From assembly GCA_001643675.2 (NCBI GenBank), contig LSRY02000052.1:310001-374000 (forward strand): a stretch of 64,000 bases of DNA, read 5' to 3'. The notes beneath the pieces are model-generated. The model had not been told where the DNA came from and made no database searches. It worked only from the letters and a program-made list of their open reading frames with translations. Of the stretch, positions 1-19,041 are shown one piece after another (positions within the stretch are counted from its first letter, which is position 1; each line of letters opens with the position of its first letter). The DNA is from Monocercomonoides exilis PA203. Taxonomy: Eukaryota > Protista > Preaxostyla. The translations under genes were made by a program, and so were the position numbers.

Positions 1-333
1 GCAAAGATCTACCAGAAGCTCTTCATTCTTCACTTCTTTCTATTTATCTTCTCAGATAATAACACTTGAATTCTTTGCACAACGAAAAATCTGAAAACCT
101 GTAACTCCAAGCGCCTATCAGTACTTTGAAATATCACATGTTTTTCAATCGGACAAGTACATTTTCCTATAGCATTTCCTTTTCTTCAATCATTTTATCT
201 TCTTCATTGGACAGCATTTCGTCGAAAGAGATAACAAATTCTTATTTTCCATTTGAAACATCATTTCATTCATCTCCAGAACTTTCTGTTACTGTTCTTC
301 CTCATCTTAATCCTCAAGTTCAGATAACAATTT
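1..333 (-). pseudogene. Decayed copy of a multicopy Glu/Lys-rich hypothetical protein family (N-terminal part; runs off the window)
   Basis: Minus strand reads LLSELED*DEEEQ*QKVLEMNEMM...(frameshift)DKMIEEKEML*ENVLVRLKNM*YFKVL...(frameshift)KEVKNEELLVDLC, with TAA, TAG and TGA stops. From memory this resembles the expanded Monocercomonoides family (LFSELEDC..EQ.QKIEEMN...KMIEEK...KNEKLLVDLC); not database-checked. Confidence 0.6.
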
Positions 334-736
334 GAAAAAAAAACAAAAATGAAGAGATGCAATCCTCAAAATACGAAAATACCAATAACTTCAAACCATT
401 GCATTTCTCCATGGAGATACTTCTTGAATTGCTATTTGAACATCTCAATAAGAAAATAATGCTTTTTTGAATCTTTCATATTATTTTCGAATATGCAAGA
501 ATAAAAAACATCAACGAAAAATAAAAAATTGTACTGTTAAAGAATAATCAAATTTTATACCATTCTGCTATGATTTTGTATAACAGACAAAGTATTCAAA
601 ACAAAAAATTGTTTTCATAGACATTTTTTGCAATTATGGATGTCATGATCATATGTTGTTTTTATTTGTGAAAGAAAAATTTATTTGCATTCGAAAAATA
701 AAATAATATTATTGAAGCTTATTTGAAATTGACAAT

Positions 737-740
<4 letters not shown>

Positions 741-769
<29 letters not shown>
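741..769. repeat. poly(T) tract, ~29 nt
   Basis: Seen directly in the sequence. Confidence 0.9.
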
Positions 770-2187
770 CGGTGACCGACAGTAACAAAAATTCGCTTGT
801 CGTGTCGCACAGGTCTAATTTCAAAGTAACATTTATGAATTTCAAAATTTTCAAAAAATTTCACAATTACACAAAAATTGTGCAATTCATCTATTGAAAA
901 AATATAATATATTCATCACTTTCCTACACTCAGCCAGTGACCAATTAATCACAACAATTTTTAATAAAAAAATACTCAATAATAATAATTACGAACAAAC
1001 TGTTTAACAATTTTGAATAATAAGTTATCCAAATTACAAAAATAAATGGTTCATCTTGAGATGAAATATATTTTAACAAAATTCAAAAACTATTTAATAA
1101 TTGGAAAATTATTTGAAAAGTTTTAGCTTTTAGTGGGGTGTTGATTTTTCAAAGGATTTTATTCTTTGGTAAAAAAAGTTTTTATTTAGAAAAAAAAATG
1201 AAAGATAATTGTTACAAAAAATCGATGTTTTTGATAATTATTTGATAATATTTTATTTCGGTAGTCAAACACCTTTTCAATGTCAATTTTAAAAATATTC
1301 TATTCTCATTTGGGAATAGAAATTTGTGAGGAAAAAAATATGGCTTTAATAATAAACACCCAATTTGTTTCAAAAAAAAAAGAAAGAGAAAATCCGGAGG
1401 ATGAAGAATATTTTTAAATATCTACCTTTTTAAAAAGCTGTTGATTGAATTTTTTGCAGTGAAACAGTATTTCGAAACAAATTTGAATGTTCATGTTTTT
1501 TTATTTCATATTTTTTATTCAAATCATTAACGATTGAGTTTTTTTTTTAGAAATAATATAAGATGGTTTCTATGAAAAATTTCGAACTCTATGAGTCACA
1601 CTTTACCGTTGTTTAGAAAGAATAAATAAAACAAAATTAACTTTATCATTTTGTAATTCATTCATTTAATTATAAAAAGAAAAAGAAAAAGCAAAGACAA
1701 ATTAATTGAACCAAAGTTCATAACATACAAAATACATCCTGAACGCATACAATCCAAAACAAATGACCAAATTACAGCTATTTTATCAAAGATAAAATAT
1801 TTGTTTTGATCTGAACTTCAAAATTCACACAAATAAAAAAATAAGTAATATTTGAAATGAAAAATGCGTGACAATTAAATGTGTATGAAATTACCAAAAG
1901 ACAGAAATGAGTTTGAACCCATTGAAATTATGAAACGAACAATGCTAAGCAGACCTCTTTAAGAAAAATGTGAATGAAAACTGACATGTACAAATAAGAG
2001 TTGATTAAACCATATACGAATTGAAAAGCCAATATTTGTAAATCCAAAATTGAATATATTCGCTTATAAAGGATTGCGTTGCTTTAACAGAAAACAAACA
2101 CAATCAAAATAAAAATATTGCAAAAATACAATGAGCACATTCAATGGCTGCTTGCTATCGTTCCATTCAAAGCATTTTACCATCAAA

Positions 2188-5100
2188 CTAAGCCATGCAT
2201 TCGTTCCCCTTTTTATACATTTCATTAACTAGAGCATAAAAAGGCTTTCTATACACCAAATGCACAACTTCTTCATCAACTGTGTTGCCTTCCATTCCAT
2301 CGCTGCTGTTGATGGCAGAGAAGTTCCGTGCAGCAACAGCTGAATTGTCAAGTGAATACTGAGGTGAATAACTATTTTGAACTTTCACTTTCTTTTTGAC
2401 AACTTTTGGTCTGATCTTCGAGTTTCTGTGGAACTTTCTGTAGATGCGCTTGGGGAGATTAGACTGGCAAACTCCATATTCAAAAATACCCAGAGCCAAA
2501 ATAGAAGCGAAGAAGGCGATGACATAATACATGTATATTTTGAAGTCATGCAGCTTCTTCATCTGCAGAAAATCAATCAGCCACGGGATGTCTTGAACAA
2601 CCAGAAAGACAGTCACTATCAACACAAATATCAGAGCAATCGTGTACAAAACATTCTTGAAAAACGGCTCCAAAAACGGATCGTACAAATTGATGATGAA
2701 AGCGCTGCCGAAGTAAGACAAGAGTGAAGCCAGAAACACTGTGGTGACTTCGTACGACTGTATTCTCGCCAAGTTGTCTGCTCCTATCTCCAGCTTAGCT
2801 GGTGGCAGTGGCACATACTCCTTGCAGCTGGCCATCACAGGAAGAGACAGGCCCATCACAGCCGCGCTCACGATGATGTGCAGAAAGAGTGAAGAAATGA
2901 CGGGATAAGACACAAGTGCACCAGGTGGTGAGCGGCGTGTGAGTTTTTTCCCTGCCCGTGAGTAGCCCATTGTGAAGAGAACAGGCAGTGTCATCAGGAT
3001 GTCGATGATAAGCCAGTCAAAGTCAGACAGGATGGTGTTGTAGGCAATGAGAATGGCAGTCGACACAAACTGGATCATGGCAAACGAGCATGTCGCTTTG
3101 AAGGAATGGAACGAAGAGGACAGAGCTCCTCTCCCTTCCAGAATCAGCTGCTCCACACATTCGATCGTGTTCACTTTTGAAGTGAAAGGAGCAGCAATTG
3201 AAGCTTCCACCTCTGACAGCGACACTCCAACATGTGCAGCCTTCAGAGCAGCACAGTCATTTGCTCCATCACCGCACATCCCTGTGATGTATCCCATGTC
3301 TGAAATCGTCTCCACCAAATGCGCTTTGTCTTCAGGCGCCATCCTTGCAAACACAGAACCCAACATGCAGACCTTCTCAAACATTGATGTGGCAGTCGGT
3401 CTGTATGTGAGGTTCGTCTCCATCTTCGGCTTGTTTGTGTCGCTTCCCTTTAATCGCTGATAGTCGTTATACATCTTTCTGAAAGCACTGCCAGTCACAG
3501 CCAGAAAGTATGCACTGCGCGGCAGGGCGACTCCTGTCTTTTTCTTGCTCACTTTTGAATAGCCTGTGGATTGCACTGACATGCTGGGCATAAACGACGA
3601 GGGCAGCTCAAAGTTGGAGCAGTACATGGCTGCCCAGGGCCCTCCTCTCCATTCCTCAAAGGGATCCACCTTCTGCAGGCTCAAGTCACTGGTTGAGCAT
3701 GCTGAAAAGACTGGTGAGGCTGGAAGTGATCTGTTTGAAGAGGACGAACTCTGTGCATCTGATGACAATGACACAAAAGAAGGAGAAGGAGATTCACCTG
3801 GTGCTGTGTGTGGGTTGATTCCTGACTGCTCGTTGGCACCAGCAGCCAAAGAGGACGCAGAAGCCATGTTGAATGTATCGTCGTATGGAAGATCGCCTTC
3901 CACCACAGATGGCACAATTGGTCCATGCTGATATGTCTCACAACGCACTGGCTCGAGTGTCAGGGGATCGAGTGTCCATTCAGGGAACTCGTTGGACTTC
4001 CACGTCACATTCCCTTCTTTGTCCAGCTCTGCCAAGAAAACAGGATGCACCAGGGCTGGCTGATCTCGGGCAATCGAATCTTCGCTTGCAACTGAAGGTG
4101 AATAAAGCGGAGAAATTGATCTGGATGACAGGTTGTCAAAGGACAGTTCTCGAGAGATAAACCGTTCGGAATTGCTCTCATCGAAGTTTTCGTTGTGATT
4201 GTAAACATGCACAGGCTTTTCTGACTGGACAGGAGAAGGTGAAGATGAAGGCGATGGTGATGGTGACAGCTTCCTCGATTTTTTCCTCGGATCTGAATCT
4301 GCATCGCTTCCCTGTGTGTCTTCAGGCGTTGGAATGATGGAGCACTCACGAGCCACTTGGATGGCAGTCAGTGGGTTATCTCCAGTTATCATCAGTGTCC
4401 GGATGCTGGCTTCCTTCAAGCGGTGGATAGCTGCAGGAGTGGAAGGCTTCAGCTTGTTTTCCATGATGAAGAATCCCAAAAATGTGAGGTCTTTCTCCAC
4501 TTCTTCTCTCTGCACCGTTTGCACCCACTCATAGTCCTTCATCGGCAGCACACGATGACCCAATGCCAACACTCTCAGTCCTTTCTGTGTGTGTTCTTTG
4601 AGCTGCGCCTGATAGTCGTGTGGAATTGACTCAGGCACGCAAAGTGTGAGAATCACTTCTGGAGAGCCCTTTGTGAACACCTCGAGCGACGACGAAGGCA
4701 CAGTCGGAAAGCCAGACTGGTTAGCCGATGCCAGCAGAGCAGGAGCAGCTTCATTGCGGTGCACAATCACAGACATCCGCTGCAGTGCAGCTGAGAAGTC
4801 CAGCCGGCGCAGCACTCCAATCAGCACCTTTGGAACATCTCCAGGGGAATCTGCAGGCTCCTCGTGTGGTTCAGCTAAAAGGGCAGTGGTGGAAGTGGCA
4901 GAACTGTCAGAATTGACACTGGAGTCAGATGAGAACGAGGAAGATGCAGAACGAGTTGTGTGCTCTCTGCCATGTGACTGAGATTGAGGCTGTCCTTGTT
5001 GATGTTGTGAGTTCTCTTGTTGAGGTCTCTTGGGTTTGCGTCTGTGTGCGGGCGGATGGAAGATGCAGTCGTAATGCGAGGACAGCGGAGTCGGTGTAAC

Positions 5101-7511
5101 CCACTCGCGAATTGCATCGTCCACAGACACAACACCAAAAGTCGCTGGATTGTAAGGCTTCCCATTGATGGAGGAAGAGGAAGAGGAAGATGCAGAAGCT
5201 GAACTGTCTGAACCAGAAAGCGTTTCAGATGGCTTTTTCAGTGATGAAGATTCAGAAGCTGAGGAAGCGCAGACCTTGTCGATTGTATTGTTTCCATTCT
5301 GCTCTTCTTCTTCGTCCTCATCTGTCTTCGATGGTAAATACGTGTCTGCTTTCTCCTTCATTGCCCACTCCGTGTATTCAAACATCTTCACGTCCAATGG
5401 GTCACCAACATTCACCCCATCAACTGTGGCAACAGAGTGGCAGCAGGCAAGCCCTGTGACCAGATCGTCGTGGTGTCTCAGTGCTGTGAGGTCGCTTTCG
5501 AGTGAGGAGAAATAGCAGCTGTGTCCATCACCTGGTGGCCCTGCATCACCAGAGTTGTTGTTGTTATTGATGCTGCTGGCAGAAGGGTTATTTGGAGAGA
5601 GAATGAAGTGAGGCTCCTGGTTAGGTTTGACAACAGACAGCTGCTCGACAGACGGGATGGCGCTGCTGGTGGAGTGCTGGAGCGGAGATGACTGCACAGG
5701 CGAGGGATTCGGAGAGGCCGATGTTCTGTTTGCAGAAGGCGTCACATTCGCAGCTGTAGATGGATTGGCGAGGGTGGCGCGGCGGAGGCTGTGGTGTCCG
5801 GCTGGCTGAACGCCCAGCACAGAAAGGTTCTCTTCTGTGAGGGTGCCTGTCTTGTCGAAGCACATCACCTTCACTTTTCCAGCGACATTCACACGCTGCG
5901 GAGAAATGCAGAAGATCTTCTTCTTCTTCAGCCGGGCCAGTGCGTATGCAGAGCCTGCTGACATGACAGCTGGGAGCGTGGGAGGCACAGCAATCGTCAC
6001 CAAATCACCAGCGCGGAGGATTATGTCTTTGAAGGGCGTGTTGTATGACGTCTGGATGATGGCGTTGGCGACGAAGCCGGTGAAGGCGATGCACGCCATC
6101 ACCCCGATGAACTTGAAGGAATCTTCGTAGAATTTGAATTTAGTCGGCTTCGGGAACAGGATGGACCGCACAAGCTGTCCTTTTGCAGTGGAGAAGGCAG
6201 TGCGGATGGCAATGCAGACAGGCGTTGCAGTTGTCGACTGCACAGGCACAGCACCAGCACTCATTGACATCGAGCTTGACGACTGAGACGAAGAATCAGC
6301 AGAAGCTGCGGGACGATAAGGGACTTTGCCTGCAGAGCGGGCGCTGATCACTTGTGTGCCTCCGAACAAGATGCACGATTTGTCTCGCTCCAAATCAAGC
6401 ACATTAAGTGGACTGACCGACGATTTCACTTCTGAAATGCGCTCTTCTTCCATTGCTTCAACATCTTAATACATCCAGAAATAAAAAATAGATATTCATA
6501 AAGTGTCAAGACATTTAAAACTGATCACAAAAGTTAAATAATGAAACCTGCTAATGAATTTTGATTTTCTCTCATTCTATCAATTTCTGCCATGGCCTGA
6601 GCTGCCTCTCCTCGAGGGTCCACATGGGGAATTGAATTCTTAATAACAGGCACGCTTTCTCCGGTCAGCATTGTTTCATTCATAATACTTGTTCCATTTA
6701 TTAAAAGTGCATCACAAGGCATTGTCATTCCGTTTTTCACTTCAAACACGTCTCCTGGAACTAAGTCTTTCGAACTGATAAGTTTAGGTTTTTGCCCTCT
6801 GCGATGAACCTTAACTGAGCACTCAAAACGTGTCATATCTCTCAAATTACGCATATTTGCACGCGTTTGCACAATGGTTATGATTACAGAGAACAATGTA
6901 ATGACAGCAATCAAGGCGGCATAGTAGTAGTACACAAATAAGCACCATATAACAATACTGAAAATCTGAAATACAATGAACGGATGAAGTCCTTCGTCCA
7001 AAACAAGCTTATATAATGGTTTCATCTTTACTTCAATACTATTTTCCCCATTAAGTGCCCGCAATCTCTTATACCCCGATTCAGATACTCCCTTTGCCAT
7101 AACATTTTCATAGTAGAAAAACGGCTTTGCTGGATCAAACCGTACAGGAACAAATTTCGAGCATGTATCATCAAAAGTAAATGGAATGTGCTTATACTCA
7201 AACATGTTGATCGTTTTCCCTCCTCCCACATATGTTTTGCGATCGCAAGTATGACAATTTTTGAACTCATCTGTTACGATAACTTTGGTGCATCGAGAAG
7301 CAGGGCATTTCCGATAATTCATAATAACGTAAATCCTATTGAACCAGTTACAGACAAGCGGAAGAATACCCGCTGTCAGTATAGTACATATTACGAAAAA
7401 GAATCTCCTGACTTTTGAAAGTTCACGAAATTCAATAGACTTTACAACTTCATCATCAAATGTTATGAATTCATCTTTTTGACTCTTATAGGAATTTTGC
7501 GCTTTTCGCAT
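2188..7511 (-). CDS. P5B-type ATPase (ATP13A/Ypk9 family), 2 coding exons (7511-6548, 6464-2188)
   Basis: Motifs LTGES, PPTLP (P5B-like PPxLP), DKTGTLT, KGSPE, TGDN and GDGANDC, plus N- and C-terminal TM segments. An 83-nt GT-AG intron (6547-6465) joins the two ORFs in frame (G|AT = Asp). Confidence 0.93.
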
Positions 7512-8017
7512 TAAACCCAGAAATCTATTAAATTATGTGGAAATAAAATATTCTTTTGCGAAATATTGAAGCTTAACACATACAATTTACTGAGTTTCTA
7601 TTCTGATCTTTCCGATCAATAATTAATATTTTTCGGAAATTTACCAATTATTATCAAACAGCGATAACAAATTTGAATATCAGTATCTAATATCTCATAA
7701 CATTACATATATTTTTTTGAAGAAGGAAGTTTCCATTATTACAATGAAAAAAGTTGAGCCGGAACATTTAAACTCTTTTTCACATGTTGAAGAAGAAGAA
7801 CGAATTACAAAAATAAATCAAATGATGAGTGATTCGCTGAATTACCTCAGAAAACATATACAGTATCGTAAATTCTTTTTGAAAACAAAAACTGTAAAGA
7901 ATCAATGTTTCTCTAAATTCAACCTAACTGAAATAATTTTTATTGCTTCAATCTTTTCTTCTTTTTTTGGAACAGCATAAGCAATGCATAAAAGACTTGA
8001 AAAAAGTGCAATTAAAT

Positions 8018-10486
8018 TCAATGAATTTGAGTGTTTTTCGAATCTTTAATTTTTGATTCATTTTCTGTTTGAACTTTTGATCCCTCAAGATTAATAGGTG
8101 GATAAAGCGAATAATCTGAAGGGAATTTTGGATGATGAGGATGTGCCAATGGATAGTTAGGCTGTTTACTCATCACATACGGAGGAGGCAGAACAGAAGG
8201 ATGAAGCTGAAGAACTGGTCTAATTGGAACAGACAAACTATTACTCGAAACTTGTCGTTGTGTGTTGCTCATTGAACGTGGAGCAGTTTGAAATGCATTC
8301 AATGCTGGTGGGGATGTTAAACGTGGGTTTGATAAGAAAGGATAAGATGGATTTAACTGTTGAGAAGAAAATGAAGGGGCAGGAGGATTTGAAATAAATG
8401 GAGGAATTTGAATGTGCTGATATATTAAAGGATGTGAAGGATTAGAAACTGATTGATGAATTTGCGGTGGTGGTGGCATGAAAAGGCGAGGCGCCTGGAA
8501 CAAGGGTGGCTGCGTTGGTAACAATAATATTGAATTTTTTGGGTCATGTGGCTGAACAATATGTCTGTATCGTTTTTTTAAACGCGGTTTTTTGAATGTT
8601 TTTCTTCGAAGTGGTATCAAACCAGTTGCAGGTGAAATAAGAGGAGGCTGAGAAAACAATGGAGGAACGAGCTGAAGAGACGAGAAATACGAAAATGAGG
8701 TTGAAATGACAGTGTTTGAGACATCGTCCAAAGAAGAAGAAGATTTATCTGATTGATGACACGAGCTTGAATCATCTTCATTGCTGCTTTGGATTGTTTG
8801 CTCTTTTGTTTGAGCACCCTTTGAATTGTATGCAATAGCTTCCTTTTCGCATTCATCAGTGCTCCATTCACTTTCAAATAAAAACATTTCATTTGCAAAT
8901 GCTTCTTTGTATTTTTTCTTCTGCTCAATCTTCTCCTTCTCAATCAAATACTTGTCGAGGTTTGTATAACCAGCTTTCTTTTCCTGTCTCTCCATTTTTT
9001 CCTTTTTCAGCACAATATCTCTGGTTAGTTCTTCCAAGCTCTCATTTTCTTCAGGTGAGTCAATAACTTGATAAAGCCTTCCCTGCATTTCTTCAATCGT
9101 CTCTTCTTCATTGAGCACATCTTCTGTTTGCTTTGAAGCATCAAGTTTGGACTTCGCAATCACTTTTTCCTTTGCTTTTTCCCACATCTCTTTCTCTTCC
9201 TCATCTTTAATCCAGGGCTTTTCTGGCCAAGCACCATAAGTCTTCATAAAGTTCTTTGCCTGCTTTATTTCTTTTTTGACCAACTTCTTCCACTCTTTCT
9301 CGTTCTTCTTCAGTTCACTTGTAACGCTTTCATCTTCTCCGTTAAACTCCTCTCTATCCATCTCGCCTTCCTCTTCCAGAAGCCTCATCTGATATTCATC
9401 CAGCGCCTCTTGCTCATGCAACAACTTGTCCTCCTCTTCTCTCCACTCTTCATAAAGCTCCAGAGAACGCTTAGAAATCACAGCGCTCTGACGACTTCCA
9501 GCGAGTACTGCCTCAACATCAGGAGCAAATTCAATTTGGCCATGCGCACCCGGTTGCCAGTGCGCAATATTATCCAGAACTTCACCGTTGCAACAATCAT
9601 AATAAGCATCAACGCATTCATCGCAAGATTTTTGCCTTGCAGAAGTGAAGGAATGATTTGAAGAATGCGAAAAAAATGTATCAGAAAATTCTTTTGGCTC
9701 GGAAATTGGTAGAGCAGAACAAGGTGTCATTGATTCTAAATGTACCGGTAACTCTTCTTGCATTGGGTCAAATTGCTGTTCTTCTTGCTTTTCGATAAAT
9801 GAACCATTCATTTTTGATGTTAACTGCATAGAATCTGTTCTTGAATGATCTTTTATTTCACGAATCTGTGAAAGTATGTCAAGAATAAACTGCGGACCAA
9901 TGCATTCGTTCACCTCAGTATCTGCAATGTGCTCACTCTTTATTAGAGGAGGCTGGTAGGATTGGTCTGTTGAATCTCCAACACACAACTGAGAATTATT
10001 CATATCAGAAGTTTTTGAAGTTAACAGTTTATCTTCCAATCTTTGTTTGTCAGTTTCATTATGTCCATCTGCAGATTTAAAACCAATAGATAAAATTTGA
10101 GGAAAAGTCGATTCAATTTTCGAATCTGATGTTGAACTTGTCGAATTTTCGTTTGTGAATAAATTCGAAGGCGCATCATGCTTTCGCAAATAAAAAGCAT
10201 ATTGACGTTTTGACAGCTCAATTTTAGAATTAAAATCTTCATTTTCTTGTGAGGAGCTCTTTGTTTTAACTTCAGAAGAATCATCAGGAAATATTGAGCG
10301 ACAAGTTCTTTCTTCGAAGCTATTAAAATCAGAATCATTATGACCTGGCTTAAATTCATTTGATATGCAATAACTTGATCTCTTAAATGGAGTTTGAGTT
10401 GTTTTCGATGATAAATCAGTAAAATTATCACGATATTGAGAACTAAAATACAACGAAGATAATGCTGTTCTGGCAAAAGTCATCAC
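8018..10486 (-). CDS. Hypothetical protein with acidic/coiled-coil middle and Pro-rich C-terminus
   Basis: 822-codon open frame with no recognised domain. The 5' end is uncertain and may join the upstream exons. Confidence 0.75.
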   Translation of the reverse strand: MMTFARTALSSLYFSSQYRDNFTDLSSKTTQTPFKRSSYCISNEFKPGHNDSDFNSFEERTCRSIFPDDSSEVKTKSSSQENEDFNSKIELSKRQYAFYLRKHDAPSNLFTNENSTSSTSDSKIESTFPQILSIGFKSADGHNETDKQRLEDKLLTSKTSDMNNSQLCVGDSTDQSYQPPLIKSEHIADTEVNECIGPQFILDILSQIREIKDHSRTDSMQLTSKMNGSFIEKQEEQQFDPMQEELPVHLESMTPCSALPISEPKEFSDTFFSHSSNHSFTSARQKSCDECVDAYYDCCNGEVLDNIAHWQPGAHGQIEFAPDVEAVLAGSRQSAVISKRSLELYEEWREEEDKLLHEQEALDEYQMRLLEEEGEMDREEFNGEDESVTSELKKNEKEWKKLVKKEIKQAKNFMKTYGAWPEKPWIKDEEEKEMWEKAKEKVIAKSKLDASKQTEDVLNEEETIEEMQGRLYQVIDSPEENESLEELTRDIVLKKEKMERQEKKAGYTNLDKYLIEKEKIEQKKKYKEAFANEMFLFESEWSTDECEKEAIAYNSKGAQTKEQTIQSSNEDDSSSCHQSDKSSSSLDDVSNTVISTSFSYFSSLQLVPPLFSQPPLISPATGLIPLRRKTFKKPRLKKRYRHIVQPHDPKNSILLLPTQPPLFQAPRLFMPPPPQIHQSVSNPSHPLIYQHIQIPPFISNPPAPSFSSQQLNPSYPFLSNPRLTSPPALNAFQTAPRSMSNTQRQVSSNSLSVPIRPVLQLHPSVLPPPYVMSKQPNYPLAHPHHPKFPSDYSLYPPINLEGSKVQTENESKIKDSKNTQIH

Positions 10487-10615
10487 ATTTAAACTTATTA
10501 ATGCGTTTTGCTTTCAGAATCTTTTGAAATGCTTATCTTTTCACAAAATGAAAAATAACTTAAAGATTATTGGTAAATAATATTACTTTATTGATCGAAT
10601 ATTTCTAAACAAAAC

Positions 10616-11114
10616 CCTCTTTGATTTATTGTTTTTAATTGTTTCAACACCTATATACAGGCTGTAAAGCTCCTTAGGTTATAATGAAAATTCATTGAAA
10701 AATAGAAAAATTGCATTTAGCTTGAAAGTTAACAAAAATTTTCAATTAAAGCATTGAACAAAATAATAAACAAAAATTGTTTGAAAGAATTAAAAAAAAA
10801 AAAAAAGACAATTGGAAGCTACACCATTGTATTCATAGAAGTATTACGCAATGATGAGAGTATTAATAACCAGTGAAAAAGTATCTTATTCAACTCTCGT
10901 CAAATATCATTTATGCAAAAAAGGTTGGAAAAATTCATTTCAATGATAGTTAAGCAATTGAGAATAAAGCTCCAACTTTAGAAATGCCGCATTTTACTAG
11001 ATGTAACAAAAAATGGCTTTCTTCACCAAACCAATTTGTGGATAAAGTTTCTTCATCAAAATCATTTTCCAAAATTATTGTTATCGTATCATAAGCAAAC
11101 TCACTTTCTTCCAT
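10616..11114 (-). CDS. Three short putative exons (MEESEFAY...; ILFHWLLIL...; ELYSLYIG...): either a small gene or the 5' exons of the 8018-10486 gene
   Basis: Phase-0 GT-AG joins keep the frame open across three exons; the final junction is unresolved. Confidence 0.35.
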
Positions 11115-11154
11115 CTTATTCACGAATATTTCAAAAATCAATTGAATTGACGAT

Positions 11155-17700
<6,546 letters not shown>

Positions 17701-17887
17701 AAATTTGTATTACTTCATGAATAATGAAAAATTCTTTAAACTGGTTATATTTTCAATAAATTATAATGGTTATTTCTGTGAAAACAGCATAATGGAGACA
17801 TTGATCAGATTTTTAAATTAAATTGGTGTGAATAATTTATTTTCTTTGTTCAGAAAGCAATAAAAATTTCTTTACTTTAAATAGAAA

Positions 17888-18494
17888 ATGGCTGCAAAAA
17901 AGGAAAGAAATTTGGCAGATGAAATATTTTATTCTGAACGTGTACACGATGATTATTATGAATATCGGTATTATTTCTTTTTTGGAAGTGATTGTTTTAT
18001 TATAATTGATTTTATTGTTTAAATATACAATTTGTTAACGAAATACTGTTTAGTCATGTTATTCTACCAAAAGAACTTGCAGAAAAAGGTTAATAACTTT
18101 TTTTTGTTATTGATTAATATTTTTGCTTGATTTTAGTTCCTAAAGATCATTTTATGACAGAAGAGGAATGGAGGAGGCTTGGGATTTGTCAGTCAGTTGG
18201 GTATGATTTGTTTTAATATCTTATATTTCATTCTTCATTTTTTTTATATAGATGGGTTTGCCTGCTGTTTTTCGAGTGATAGTCCATTTTTTTATCATTT
18301 TTTTTATTGTTTCTTTTCTTTCTGGATTAATGTTTTACCGAACATTTTGATTTAACAACAGGGTATGAGGCTTTTATTTTTATAAAATTTAATTTATTAA
18401 CTTTTATTAACTTATCTCCAAAGAACATTTTGACATGCATCCCCCAGAACCTCACATCATTCTATTTCGAAGACCTCTTCCAAAGCCTAATTGA
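17888..18494 (+). CDS. CKS1: Cyclin-dependent kinase regulatory subunit Cks1/Suc1, 84 aa, 6 exons (17888-17967, 18054-18088, 18137-18200, 18252-18255, 18362, 18424-18494)
   Basis: Not in the ORF track. Spliced product: [84 protein letters not shown]. It has the Cks signatures YEYRHV.LP, EEEWR.LG..QS.GW and PEPHI.LFRRP. Exons total 255 nt and all introns are GT-AG. Confidence 0.95.
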
Positions 18495-19041
18495 TCTATT
18501 TTATTTTATGAATTCTTCCTACACATTTCACCCCTCTTTTGCAACATTTGATTGCTGCAAATGAGTTTTGCAAATTTTCATTGTTTAACTCTTAAAACTG
18601 AATAACTATATTCATTGATAAATCAACATTTATTTATGGTTGAATTTGAGACCATTAATGAAGCAAGAAATTATTACACTTGGATCATGTTCATCACTTA
18701 TTGTTTATTCAAAAAAGTATTTAAAAATTTCTACTATTATCACGTGAAAACAAAATTCCCTTTCAAAGGCGAAATAAAAAAAATTGTATAAAAAAAGCTT
18801 GACGTTATCTGATTTCCATGTTATAAAGCAAGACATAAAGACAAGCAAAAACTGGAATACTTAAGGCTTATTAATCTCAGAAAAGATTTTTGAATATTAA
18901 ACAATGATAACAAAACTAAAATGAAAATGAGATGATAATAAAAGCCGCTGATGAAATACAAAGAAAACCACAAAAATTATAATAGGAAGAAGTTATAATG
19001 AGATGAAGAATTAGAAAATGAAATGAGAACGACAATTAATT

